In this document: one piece after another, positions 28,656 through 37,872 of the stretch
How the letters are laid out: every line of letters begins with the position of its first letter
How positions within the stretch are numbered: position 1 is the first letter of the stretch
Assembly: GCA_902601475.1 (NCBI GenBank)
Contig: CACKNK010000001.1
Span: 208,584-272,583 of the forward strand
DNA: 64,000 nt
Source: an uncultured SAR86 cluster bacterium
Lineage (GTDB): Bacteria > Pseudomonadota > Gammaproteobacteria > Magnimaribacterales > D2472
Reading direction: 5' to 3'
Notes under the pieces: generated by a model
Told to the model about the DNA's origin: nothing
Databases searched by the model: none
The model's input: only the letters and a program-made list of their open reading frames with translations
Program-made: the position numbers and the translations under genes

Positions 28656-30474
28656 ATTTATTTTTATAGTTAGTTAGATTTTCTTTACTTTGTTGATCTT
28701 TGAAACAAATAAAGTTGTTAATTATTAATACATCTAAATTTGTACCCATGAAACATTTGTATGCATCTTCAGCATTTTGAACAATAGGTTCACCTCTGAC
28801 ATTAAAGGAAGTATTTATTAGAATTGGGCATCCAGTTTTTAACTTAAACGATTTTAAGATGGTATGAAATCTAGGATTTATCTTTTCTCTAACAGTTTGT
28901 ACTCTTGCACTATAATCAATGTGTGTAACTGCTGGAACTTCAGATCTTATTTGATTAACAATTTCATTAATATCTGAATTTATGTCCTCGCTGACTAAAA
29001 TCTGCTTATCTTTATTTAGTTTTGAAACTTTAAGCATGTATGGGCTTGGAGATTTAATTTCAAACCATTCAGAAGCATCATCTTCTAAAACAGCAGGAGC
29101 AAATGGCCTAAAAGATTCCCTAAACTTAACCTTAAGATTTAGATCTTTTTGCATAGTTGACTTTCTAGGATCGGCAATAATACTCCTGTTTCCTAAAGCT
29201 CTTGGGCCATACTCCATTCTTCCATTCATATGACCAATAGCCATTCCAGCAGTTAAATTCTCAGTGATGATTTCGATTAATTCAGCTTCTTCGTGCTTTG
29301 TAAATGTGGCATTCATTTTTTTAAGTTGAGATTCAACTTCTAAATCTGAATATTCTGGCCCCAAATAAGAACCCTCCATGTCGTCCTCAAGATTAATTTT
29401 TCTCTCAGATCCAAGAGCAAGATAGTTAAAAGCTAGAGCTGCTCCTAATGCGCCTCCTGCATCTCCAGCTGCAGGCTGGATCCAGATATTATCAAATATT
29501 TTTTCTTCTTCAAGCTTCCCATTTGCAACACAATTCAGTGCTACACCTCCGGCCAAACACAAATTATTCATATTTGTACTTTGACGAATATATCTAGCCA
29601 AGTTTAAAACAATTTCTTCTGTAACATTCTGAATGGAGGCAGCAATATCCATTTCTCTTGAGGTAAGATCTTGCTCAGGTTTTCTTGGCGGGCCTTCAAA
29701 TAAATCATTAATAGCTGATGATGTCATTGTCAGGCCTTGACAATAATTAAAATATTTCATGTTGAGATGAAAAGAGCCATCATCATAAATTTTTATAATT
29801 TTCTGTCTGATAATATCAGCAAACCTTGGCTTACCATAAGGAGCAAGACCCATTAGCTTGTATTCTCCGGAATTGACTTTAAACCCGCAAAAATATGTAA
29901 ATGCAGAATAGAGTAAGCCTAAGGAGTGTGGAAATTTAATTTCTTGTTTTAATGTAATTTGACTTTCTATGCCAACTGAAACTGAGGTAGTTGTCCATTC
30001 TCCAACTCCATCCATTGTAAGTATTGCTGATGAGTTAAATGGGGAAGGGTAAAATGCGCTTGCGGCATGACTTAAGTGGTGATCAGAGAAAAAAACTTTC
30101 TTTTCAGGGTTATCAACTCCACAATCTCTTAAATGCTTTATAAGCTGTGATTTTTGAAAAAGCTTCTCTTTTATCCAAAGCGGCATTGCACTTAAAAAAC
30201 TTCTAAAACCAACTGGAGCGTAGGCTAAATAGGTTTCTAATAATCTTTCAAACTTTAAAAATGGCTTTTCATAAAATACAAAATGATCAACGTCCTTACC
30301 TTGAGATTTTAAAAAATTTAGGCAGTAAATTAATGCATTTTCTGGAAAGTTACGATCATGCTTAATCCTTGTGAATCGCTCTTCCTGTATTGCAAGAATA
30401 ATTTTGTTATTCTCAACTAAAGCAACAGCACTATCATGATAAAACGCTGAAATACCCAGAATGACCTTTGACAT
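28642..30474 (-). CDS. O-carbamoyltransferase (NodU/CmcH/SxtI family)
   Basis: ILGISAFYHDS, EERFTRIKHD, HHLSHAASAF, GEYKLMGLAPYG, AGGVALNC, GPRALGNRS, RESFRPFAP and NTSFNVRGEP. The real start is probably the ATG at 30474; the ORF-track extension to 30576 overlaps the next gene. Confidence 0.93.
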   Translation of the reverse strand: MSKVILGISAFYHDSAVALVENNKIILAIQEERFTRIKHDRNFPENALIYCLNFLKSQGKDVDHFVFYEKPFLKFERLLETYLAYAPVGFRSFLSAMPLWIKEKLFQKSQLIKHLRDCGVDNPEKKVFFSDHHLSHAASAFYPSPFNSSAILTMDGVGEWTTTSVSVGIESQITLKQEIKFPHSLGLLYSAFTYFCGFKVNSGEYKLMGLAPYGKPRFADIIRQKIIKIYDDGSFHLNMKYFNYCQGLTMTSSAINDLFEGPPRKPEQDLTSREMDIAASIQNVTEEIVLNLARYIRQSTNMNNLCLAGGVALNCVANGKLEEEKIFDNIWIQPAAGDAGGALGAALAFNYLALGSERKINLEDDMEGSYLGPEYSDLEVESQLKKMNATFTKHEEAELIEIITENLTAGMAIGHMNGRMEYGPRALGNRSIIADPRKSTMQKDLNLKVKFRESFRPFAPAVLEDDASEWFEIKSPSPYMLKVSKLNKDKQILVSEDINSDINEIVNQIRSEVPAVTHIDYSARVQTVREKINPRFHTILKSFKLKTGCPILINTSFNVRGEPIVQNAEDAYKCFMGTNLDVLIINNFICFKDQQSKENLTNYKNKYELD

Positions 30475-30476
30475 CG

Positions 30477-30626
30477 TTAAAAAATTGTATAGATAAAAGG
30501 AGCAAGTACTGATGTCTGTGCGAAGATTAGAAGAGCTCCCAATGCTAGCAAAATTAAAACTATAGGACCTAGCCATAACTTTCCTCTGGATTTAAGAAAG
30601 GTATATAACTCCTTTAAAAGCTCCAT
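30477..30626 (-). CDS. Small membrane protein, SxtK/DUF5989-like (49 aa)
   Basis: Below the ORF-track cutoff. Manual translation: MELLKELYTFLKSRGKLWLGPIVLILLALGALLIFAQTSVLAPFIYTIF. The C-terminal APFIYT.F motif and its position between sxtJ-like and carbamoyltransferase genes support the call. Confidence 0.85.
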   Translation of the reverse strand: MELLKELYTFLKSRGKLWLGPIVLILLALGALLIFAQTSVLAPFIYTIF

Positions 30627-30629
30627 TTT

Positions 30630-31007
30630 TTAAAATTGGTTCTTGAAATAATTTAGATCTTTTTTTAAATTTTGCATATTTATCCAAGCCGAGTTGTATG
30701 ACTTCCTAATCTCAAGCTCATCTCTCCCAAATACTCTTAACAATATACCTATTGGTGAAAAAATTAAAAAAAATATAATCCCCATTACTATAGGATTAAT
30801 AACTTTCCCTAATAACAATCCCAAGCTCATCCAAATAATTTTTGGATAATAAAGAATCCTCTCAAAGAAAAAACTAACCGGCAATAGAATAACGGAGATA
30901 ATAAAAAAAAATGTTGTTAATTTTGGAGACCCTGCATAAGCAAAAAATATTGATACAACTAAAAATATTCCAGCAAAAGATAATCCGAACTTTTTATTTG
31001 TGATCAT
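30630..31007 (-). CDS. SxtJ-family membrane protein
   Basis: KKFG, WMSLG..LG.VINPI.MG.IFF..FSPIG, GRD.L and C-terminal NQF. Confidence 0.85.
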   Translation of the reverse strand: MITNKKFGLSFAGIFLVVSIFFAYAGSPKLTTFFFIISVILLPVSFFFERILYYPKIIWMSLGLLLGKVINPIVMGIIFFLIFSPIGILLRVFGRDELEIRKSYNSAWINMQNLKKDLNYFKNQF

Positions 31008-31030
31008 TTTAAATGTTCTCTGTTAAAAAA

Positions 31031-31729
31031 TTAAAAACCAAAATTATATTTTAACTCTTTTAAAGCGAATTCAGGACCTGGTATGTTAGGACTAAATGAA
31101 TAACCATGCCTAGAGTACATTCCATAGATAATATCTGGGTTTCTATCAAATAAATATTTTGGTGTTAGCTTCTCTATCATCTTAGAGTTTTGTAGGGCTT
31201 GTTTATAAGTAAATACATTCATATCTTCATCAATAAGTTTTAAGTTAGTAATAGAGTCTAACCCCATCCATCCCTTTGAGGTCAGGACCTCTGAGGCTGC
31301 ATGAGAACTTTGATTTAATGGGATAAAGTTCATTAAAGATATGCCCTTTGACTCAATTATAAAAACGTGACGTGTTTTGAAACCCAAGCTATTTAGTAGC
31401 TTTTCATTGAATCTAGATCTTTCAAAACAACATCCATAACCCCTTTTATAAAAATCCAATGGTTCTATTGAATTTCCTTTTGGTACACAGCAGTCATAAG
31501 TAGGACAAACATCTAAATAGTCAACGCTTAGAACAGCATTCTGAACTGAATCAATGCATCGTATTTCATCATCAAAATTGTTTAATTTATTGCAACTTAA
31601 ATAATTTTCTACCTTCGAAAATGCTGTAAAGTCATCATGAGTGAGATTTGGACTTACTTTGTTAATATAAAGGTATCCAAGGAAAGAAATCATTGAAGCA
31701 ATGGAAAAAAGAAAAAGTTTAAATTTCAT
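31031..31729 (-). CDS. Transglutaminase-like (Cys-His-Asp) protein with an N-terminal anchor
   Basis: GYGCCFERS...LGFKTRHV...SHAASEV...GWMGLD fits the papain-like triad pattern. Confidence 0.7.
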   Translation of the reverse strand: MKFKLFLFSIASMISFLGYLYINKVSPNLTHDDFTAFSKVENYLSCNKLNNFDDEIRCIDSVQNAVLSVDYLDVCPTYDCCVPKGNSIEPLDFYKRGYGCCFERSRFNEKLLNSLGFKTRHVFIIESKGISLMNFIPLNQSSHAASEVLTSKGWMGLDSITNLKLIDEDMNVFTYKQALQNSKMIEKLTPKYLFDRNPDIIYGMYSRHGYSFSPNIPGPEFALKELKYNFGF

Positions 31730-31791
31730 TTATTTGAATTATATACTTTTTTTACAATACTAAAGAAAAGCTATTTAATGTTATCGCGCCA

Positions 31792-32673
31792 TTAGAAGAC
31801 ATCAATAATACCAAACGAAATATCAATATTTTTACATTCAGGAAAATTTAAGAACTTAAATATAAATGGATTATTCGATGATTTTCTCCAAAATTTGAAT
31901 AGTTCGTTGTAACGATTAGTTTCACATGAGCTGAATTGAAAATAAGCAACATCTAAGTTTTTTAATTGTAAAATGATGCCGCGCATATCTTCCAATGAGT
32001 CAATTTTCATACCACCGACATAGAAAAAATTGAAACTAATTCCTAAATATTTTTTATGCAAGATTCTACCCCATAAATAAGACTTGTTTATTTCAAACTC
32101 ACATACCCCGCTTCTATGAGTTTTTTTTAGAGAATAAACTTCTTTTTCGTTGACAGTAATCAGCCCATCTTTGGGATGAATCAAGCCTTTAAAGTCATTC
32201 AAAAATAAGTCTGTTAAAAATCCCATGTTTGGTAGCTGAACATAATTACAACTTTTTTCAACAAATCCCAGCTTGTGAATAAAAATTGGCCTCGAGTTAT
32301 CATTTGGTAATCCAAAGATCATTCCTGCATCTCTTCCTTTTAAAATATCCTCTGCTTTTTTTTGAATATTGACAAAAACTCCTTTTCTCTGATGATTGGG
32401 ATGTGTAGCTGACCAACAGCTCTGATAACAATATTTTTCATCTCCATTGTATGTGAATTTATTCCCTATAAAACCATTACATCCAATGAATTCGTCCTCT
32501 TCATGCGCAACTAAAAAAATTGAATTATTTATATTGTTGGTCAAAGAAATATTTCTGTGAATGTGGAATTCATCTAGTAATTTGGAGTCGCCATATGATT
32601 CCTTAATTAAGTTCCTAACTTTAAGGTCTATTGCATGATCTCTCATATCAACTAATGAAATTTTATAATCCAT
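31792..32673 (-). CDS. GNAT family N-acetyltransferase
   Basis: SATHPNHQRKGVF acetyl-CoA motif and FGLPNDNS.PIF..KLGF. Confidence 0.8.
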   Translation of the reverse strand: MDYKISLVDMRDHAIDLKVRNLIKESYGDSKLLDEFHIHRNISLTNNINNSIFLVAHEEDEFIGCNGFIGNKFTYNGDEKYCYQSCWSATHPNHQRKGVFVNIQKKAEDILKGRDAGMIFGLPNDNSRPIFIHKLGFVEKSCNYVQLPNMGFLTDLFLNDFKGLIHPKDGLITVNEKEVYSLKKTHRSGVCEFEINKSYLWGRILHKKYLGISFNFFYVGGMKIDSLEDMRGIILQLKNLDVAYFQFSSCETNRYNELFKFWRKSSNNPFIFKFLNFPECKNIDISFGIIDVF

Positions 32674-32675
32674 TT

Positions 32676-33584
32676 TTAACTTAATAATTTAAAGAAACCA
32701 TTAATAAATTTATTAAAAAAATAATCATTGCCCTTTCCATCAATAGCAATAAATTTATGATTTTGAAATTCACAAATGGAAATATGATGCCTACCCAAAT
32801 TACCAAATGATTCAATGTTGCTACAAGATATTTTTTTAACTATGACTTTTTCCTGGAAATTATATTTATCCAAATTAATAATTTTTTTTAGCATAATTTC
32901 CTTTCCATAAGTACCTGAGCAGTCTTGTGTGAATCTGTAATGAGTTCCATCTATTTCTATTGGATTGCCTGCATTCCTAATTTTTTTTGATTTTATCTGA
33001 TTATCCATTGGATGGATTGACCATGGCCCGCCGTCTAAATTATTAGTAAATAACAATCTAAGCCTATCTCTGAATGTTCCTAGCAAGTAAAATACAGAAT
33101 TAGATTTTATTAATATTGGATCCTCAATTGGTTCGTCGCAAATAGTCGAGAACCATGATAATTGGTTTGGAAAATCATTAAACCTATATATTTCGGTTTT
33201 ACCGCTTTCAATTTGTTCTGGAATCATAAAAAAATCATCTTTTTCTTGGAAAATAAATGGAAAAGACAAATGAGAGCTTTTACGTAAAGTTACTCCATGA
33301 TCTGTCCATGACAACCCATCATCAGTTGACCAGCAATTTATAAATCCAGGCCGGTTTATCATTTGTACTTCCGCAAATAAATACAATATTTGTTGTCTTC
33401 TAACCAAGAAAGGATCTGCAATTGTATGAATATGACTCTTAGATGTTCTTATTTTTGGACGCCCAAATATTTTAGATAAATTTTTTGGCTCATTATTAAT
33501 AATATTAAAACGAGAATTCTCTTTAAAAATAGCTGTAGACCAAATAATAGACATTGTCACAATTATTACATATCTATCTAACAA
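32676..33584 (-). CDS. Beta-propeller protein resembling the GINT1 N-terminal / GH43-like fold
   Basis: ADPFL, HLSFPFIF, FMIPE, W..HP, RNAG, QDCSGTYG and HH; start codon uncertain. Confidence 0.65.
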   Translation of the reverse strand: MLDRYVIIVTMSIIWSTAIFKENSRFNIINNEPKNLSKIFGRPKIRTSKSHIHTIADPFLVRRQQILYLFAEVQMINRPGFINCWSTDDGLSWTDHGVTLRKSSHLSFPFIFQEKDDFFMIPEQIESGKTEIYRFNDFPNQLSWFSTICDEPIEDPILIKSNSVFYLLGTFRDRLRLLFTNNLDGGPWSIHPMDNQIKSKKIRNAGNPIEIDGTHYRFTQDCSGTYGKEIMLKKIINLDKYNFQEKVIVKKISCSNIESFGNLGRHHISICEFQNHKFIAIDGKGNDYFFNKFINGFFKLLS

Positions 33585-33666
33585 CTAAATTAAAATTTGA
33601 AATTACTATGAAGTAAGACAAAATCTATTTTTTAATTTTTAAATAATTCCTTTAAAAACTAGGTGT

Positions 33667-35673
33667 TTATTCTAAAAGTTCTTTGGCGATTAACTTAGCT
33701 CCTTCTATAGATACATGATCATCATCGTAGTACAAGAGTATTTGATTCTTTTGTGTAATGCATCTTCCAATAGATTCTTGCAAGTTACAAAATAGTATAT
33801 GAGGCTCATATTTTAAAATATTATTTTTATATACTAATTTATTAAGCGCATTAAGAGTTGACTTATTTCTTTCCTTAAACACTTCAAATGAAGTTGATGC
33901 ATGAAGAGCATCAATTTTTTTTTCTGGATTATAAATGTATTTAAGTAATAGTCTTTTAAGTGGGTCCCAACCAACTTCAGGTATTGGATATATTATTGTT
34001 ATATTTATACCTGCTTGTTGAAGTATATTGATTGTCTCATCTAATTCTTTGGTTATGCCTTCTATAGTTCCATAATCATTTGTATATGTATTCTGATAAA
34101 TTACGCCTTTACCTGGCTCAATGCCGCCCTCCATATTATCAAATCTACTTCCTTGATATGTTAGAGGCCATCTTGCGGCTAAATACAAATTCTTTGGTAG
34201 TTTTTTGTTTTCAATAAGATTAATTATTAATTTTCGCATTTTTAAGCAACGCTCTTGATTTTTATCTTTTGGTATGTAGGCACCATCACCAAGGGTTGGA
34301 AAGCATGCAGTTGAAGCCAAATTAAGACCAGAAATTTTTAGTTCCTTTGAAACCAAGCTCAAACCTGGAACTAAGGCCCTCGCATGACTGTCTCCAAAAA
34401 TTGCAAATATAGGCTCATTCTCAGGATCGCCAAACTTACAATTTTTTAATATCAATTCAATATCAAGATTATCATTTTTAGCATCATTACATTGAGAGGT
34501 ACTCAAAACTGAATCTGCTTTAAGTTTCTCCAATTCTATAAATTCTTTAGAAAATCTTGTATTAAATCCATCTGCTTGATTAATCATAGAGCCTATCAAA
34601 CAAAAGAATAATATCCCTGCAAGTGAGAAACTAAATACAGTCTTGCGAGATATTGTTTGTTTATCTCTAAATGGTTTTTCAACCCATCGCCAGCTTATGT
34701 AAGCCATTATCAAAGATGACAAACATAATAATAACAATACTATTTCTGATATTTCACCCAACAATCTATGTCTTGCAAATGCAAGAATCGGCTGATGCCA
34801 TAAGTATGCACTATAAGATATCAACCCAATCCCAACTATTATGCGTGCACTTAGTATTTTGTGTATTAAGGTTTGGGGTACCGCTGTGAGAATTAGCAAA
34901 GCAGTACCAATGGTTGGTACTAAGGCATATAGACTTGGAAATGGTGTGTTCTTGTCATAAATTGCGATTGAATAAACAATCATTGCAAAACCTAATAAAC
35001 TTAAGGTCTGATTGATTAATGGTGATTTGATGTATTGATTTTTTTGGAGATAGAAAGCTAAAAAAACGCCGATTAATAGCTCCCAGCCTCTAGTAGGCAA
35101 AAGGTAGAAGTTTGCGCTTGGCCTAGAAAAGGCAAACCATTGGGCAAGAGATAAACTCAAGAGAAAAATTAAAGCTAATAACAGTAATAAATACTTTTTT
35201 GGAAGATTCCAAAAAATCATTAAAAACAGTGGAAACAAAATATAATACTGCTCCTCTACTGCAAGACTCCAAGTATGCAGTAAAGGTTTTAATTCAGAAG
35301 CAGTAGCAAAATAACCGCTTTCAATCCAAAAAAGTATATTTGAAGAAAAAGTAGCTACTGCTATGAGGCTTTGACCAAAATCTTTTAAGTCTCCTGGGGT
35401 CAACCAAAACCATGCAAATGGTATTGAAACCAACATGACAAAAAATAACGCTGGAAGAATTCTTCGAGCACGGCGTTCATAAAAATTGATTAGACTGAAA
35501 TTATCACGCCCCATTTCAGAAATAATGATGGATGTAATGAGATAGCCGCTGATTACAAAAAAAACATCAACGCCTACAAAACCACCTCCAAAAAGTTCAA
35601 ATCCAGCATGAAATAAAATAACTGGCAAAACTGCAAGCGCTCGAAGACCATCTATTTCTGCCCTATATTTCAT
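33667..35673 (-). CDS. OafA-like O-acyltransferase (AT3 + SGNH), copy 1
   Basis: YRAEIDGLRALAV, GVDVFFVISGYLI, RRARRILP, HTWSLAVEEQYY; SGNH motifs GDSHA and DDDH. Confidence 0.92.
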   Translation of the reverse strand: MKYRAEIDGLRALAVLPVILFHAGFELFGGGFVGVDVFFVISGYLITSIIISEMGRDNFSLINFYERRARRILPALFFVMLVSIPFAWFWLTPGDLKDFGQSLIAVATFSSNILFWIESGYFATASELKPLLHTWSLAVEEQYYILFPLFLMIFWNLPKKYLLLLLALIFLLSLSLAQWFAFSRPSANFYLLPTRGWELLIGVFLAFYLQKNQYIKSPLINQTLSLLGFAMIVYSIAIYDKNTPFPSLYALVPTIGTALLILTAVPQTLIHKILSARIIVGIGLISYSAYLWHQPILAFARHRLLGEISEIVLLLLCLSSLIMAYISWRWVEKPFRDKQTISRKTVFSFSLAGILFFCLIGSMINQADGFNTRFSKEFIELEKLKADSVLSTSQCNDAKNDNLDIELILKNCKFGDPENEPIFAIFGDSHARALVPGLSLVSKELKISGLNLASTACFPTLGDGAYIPKDKNQERCLKMRKLIINLIENKKLPKNLYLAARWPLTYQGSRFDNMEGGIEPGKGVIYQNTYTNDYGTIEGITKELDETINILQQAGINITIIYPIPEVGWDPLKRLLLKYIYNPEKKIDALHASTSFEVFKERNKSTLNALNKLVYKNNILKYEPHILFCNLQESIGRCITQKNQILLYYDDDHVSIEGAKLIAKELLE

Positions 35674-35680
35674 GAGTAAA
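34600..35680 (+). repeat. Direct repeat copy A (1,081 bp)
   Basis: Matches 36646-37726 at offset 2046 with no mismatch noticed by eye. Confidence 0.93.
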
Positions 35681-35763
35681 GGATTTTAACTCAACTAGGT
35701 AAAAGAAAGGCCGAATAAAAATATATAAGCTCATTAAAAAATATGAATAAATATTAATTAAAC

Positions 35764-37719
35764 TCAGTAATTGAAAATTTGATCTATAGTTTCATAGAGT
35801 TTATTTGCCCCGATAATTGAGAGGTGATCATCATCGAAATAATAACTCTCATGTAAGTTGCCCATTGAGCAAACCTCTTTATTACAAAACTTATCTTTTA
35901 AATCATAATAATTAAAATCAGACAGCCTCTCTTTAAAGACAGATTCGTAATTCTTTTCCATGTCATGAAATTTTTTTCTTGGAACTGACAGGAGGTTGAG
36001 AAGTTCATTGTCTTGTAAGATTTTTAAGTATGAAGATCGGGGTGGGTATATCTGATGAGGTGGTTGAGAAAATAAGTGAACGGGAATATTGTTGTTAATA
36101 TAAAAATTAAGAGTTTTATTAAATCCTTCTTCAAAAGCAGATATGCTATTTTTTTTATTAAAAGGGCCATATTTAGAGCTTGATATAAACTTCATATGAG
36201 ATCTCTTATATTCATATTCAGTATAGAAACTCCATCTAGCAGATAAAATGATTCCTTTAACGGACTCTCTTACAGCAAAATCTGCAACTCTTTTATTCAG
36301 TTCGTAACAATTATTCTTTTCTTGAAGCTCTTTTTTACTTGATGGATAGATTCCTAAGAATGGAGGGCACGCAGAAGTTCCTGTAAAAAAAACACTTATG
36401 TTTTGAGATTTTGCCACTGAATCAATGACATATCTAAGCGATGAAGCATGCGAATCTCCAAATACTATGTAATCTAATTCATTTTTACTGACTCCCAAAT
36501 AGCAACCCCATTCTTCATTGATATGGTTGTAAGGAACTTGAAAACAATTTTCGTCCTTGGGCATATCAAATGAATTAATTAATTTTTCAGTAAATCCTAT
36601 CCTATCGGGAAAACCCTTATTAATATGCAAGGATGCTCCAAATATACAAAAGAATAATATCCCTGCAAGTGAGAAACTAAATACAGTCTTGCGAGATATT
36701 GTTTGTTTATCTCTAAATGGTTTTTCAACCCATCGCCAGCTTATGTAAGCCATTATCAAAGATGACAAACATAATAATAACAATACTATTTCTGATATTT
36801 CACCCAACAATCTATGTCTTGCAAATGCAAGAATCGGCTGATGCCATAAGTATGCACTATAAGATATCAACCCAATCCCAACTATTATGCGTGCACTTAG
36901 TATTTTGTGTATTAAGGTTTGGGGTACCGCTGTGAGAATTAGCAAAGCAGTACCAATGGTTGGTACTAAGGCATATAGACTTGGAAATGGTGTGTTCTTG
37001 TCATAAATTGCGATTGAATAAACAATCATTGCAAAACCTAATAAACTTAAGGTCTGATTGATTAATGGTGATTTGATGTATTGATTTTTTTGGAGATAGA
37101 AAGCTAAAAAAACGCCGATTAATAGCTCCCAGCCTCTAGTAGGCAAAAGGTAGAAGTTTGCGCTTGGCCTAGAAAAGGCAAACCATTGGGCAAGAGATAA
37201 ACTCAAGAGAAAAATTAAAGCTAATAACAGTAATAAATACTTTTTTGGAAGATTCCAAAAAATCATTAAAAACAGTGGAAACAAAATATAATACTGCTCC
37301 TCTACTGCAAGACTCCAAGTATGCAGTAAAGGTTTTAATTCAGAAGCAGTAGCAAAATAACCGCTTTCAATCCAAAAAAGTATATTTGAAGAAAAAGTAG
37401 CTACTGCTATGAGGCTTTGACCAAAATCTTTTAAGTCTCCTGGGGTCAACCAAAACCATGCAAATGGTATTGAAACCAACATGACAAAAAATAACGCTGG
37501 AAGAATTCTTCGAGCACGGCGTTCATAAAAATTGATTAGACTGAAATTATCACGCCCCATTTCAGAAATAATGATGGATGTAATGAGATAGCCGCTGATT
37601 ACAAAAAAAACATCAACGCCTACAAAACCACCTCCAAAAAGTTCAAATCCAGCATGAAATAAAATAACTGGCAAAACTGCAAGCGCTCGAAGACCATCTA
37701 TTTCTGCCCTATATTTCAT
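35764..37719 (-). CDS. OafA-like O-acyltransferase (AT3 + SGNH), copy 2
   Basis: N-terminus identical to copy 1 up to ...AGILFFC, followed by a different SGNH domain with GDSHA and DDDH. Confidence 0.92.
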   Translation of the reverse strand: MKYRAEIDGLRALAVLPVILFHAGFELFGGGFVGVDVFFVISGYLITSIIISEMGRDNFSLINFYERRARRILPALFFVMLVSIPFAWFWLTPGDLKDFGQSLIAVATFSSNILFWIESGYFATASELKPLLHTWSLAVEEQYYILFPLFLMIFWNLPKKYLLLLLALIFLLSLSLAQWFAFSRPSANFYLLPTRGWELLIGVFLAFYLQKNQYIKSPLINQTLSLLGFAMIVYSIAIYDKNTPFPSLYALVPTIGTALLILTAVPQTLIHKILSARIIVGIGLISYSAYLWHQPILAFARHRLLGEISEIVLLLLCLSSLIMAYISWRWVEKPFRDKQTISRKTVFSFSLAGILFFCIFGASLHINKGFPDRIGFTEKLINSFDMPKDENCFQVPYNHINEEWGCYLGVSKNELDYIVFGDSHASSLRYVIDSVAKSQNISVFFTGTSACPPFLGIYPSSKKELQEKNNCYELNKRVADFAVRESVKGIILSARWSFYTEYEYKRSHMKFISSSKYGPFNKKNSISAFEEGFNKTLNFYINNNIPVHLFSQPPHQIYPPRSSYLKILQDNELLNLLSVPRKKFHDMEKNYESVFKERLSDFNYYDLKDKFCNKEVCSMGNLHESYYFDDDHLSIIGANKLYETIDQIFNY

Positions 37720-37726
37720 GAGTAAA
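36646..37726 (+). repeat. Direct repeat copy B (1,081 bp)
   Basis: Matches 34600-35680. Confidence 0.93.
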
Positions 37727-37741
37727 AAACATAAATATTTG

Positions 37742-37763
37742 TTAATAGATAACTATCTATTAA
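37742..37763. promoter_or_regulatory. Perfect inverted repeat upstream of acyltransferase copy 2
   Basis: TTAATAGATA-AC-TATCTATTAA. Confidence 0.45.
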
Positions 37764-37872
37764 TCATTAAAAGGTCATTATATATTTTTGACTAAATATA
37801 TTTCTAAAAATATATTATTAAAGTGTAAAGTGATTGAAAATATCTAAACTTACAAAATGTTTTAAGAGAATC

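Noticed and set aside
30475-30576. N-terminal extension of the carbamoyltransferase in the ORF track
   Set aside because: It overlaps the SxtK-like gene in another frame; the family N-terminus begins at MSKVILGIS (30474).
27534-31007. Saxitoxin biosynthesis
   Set aside because: Only the I/J/K/L-like genes are present; sxtA, sxtG and other core genes are absent, and the context is glycan modification.
30903-35564. A8-A9 homopolymers as phase-variation switches
   Set aside because: Similar runs occur in core genes (for example near 6486) in this AT-rich DNA, and all frames are intact.
34671-36935. Two identical 72-aa plus-strand ORFs, and other short antisense ORFs in the track
   Set aside because: They are shadows of real genes; the identical pair simply reflects the 1,081-bp repeat.
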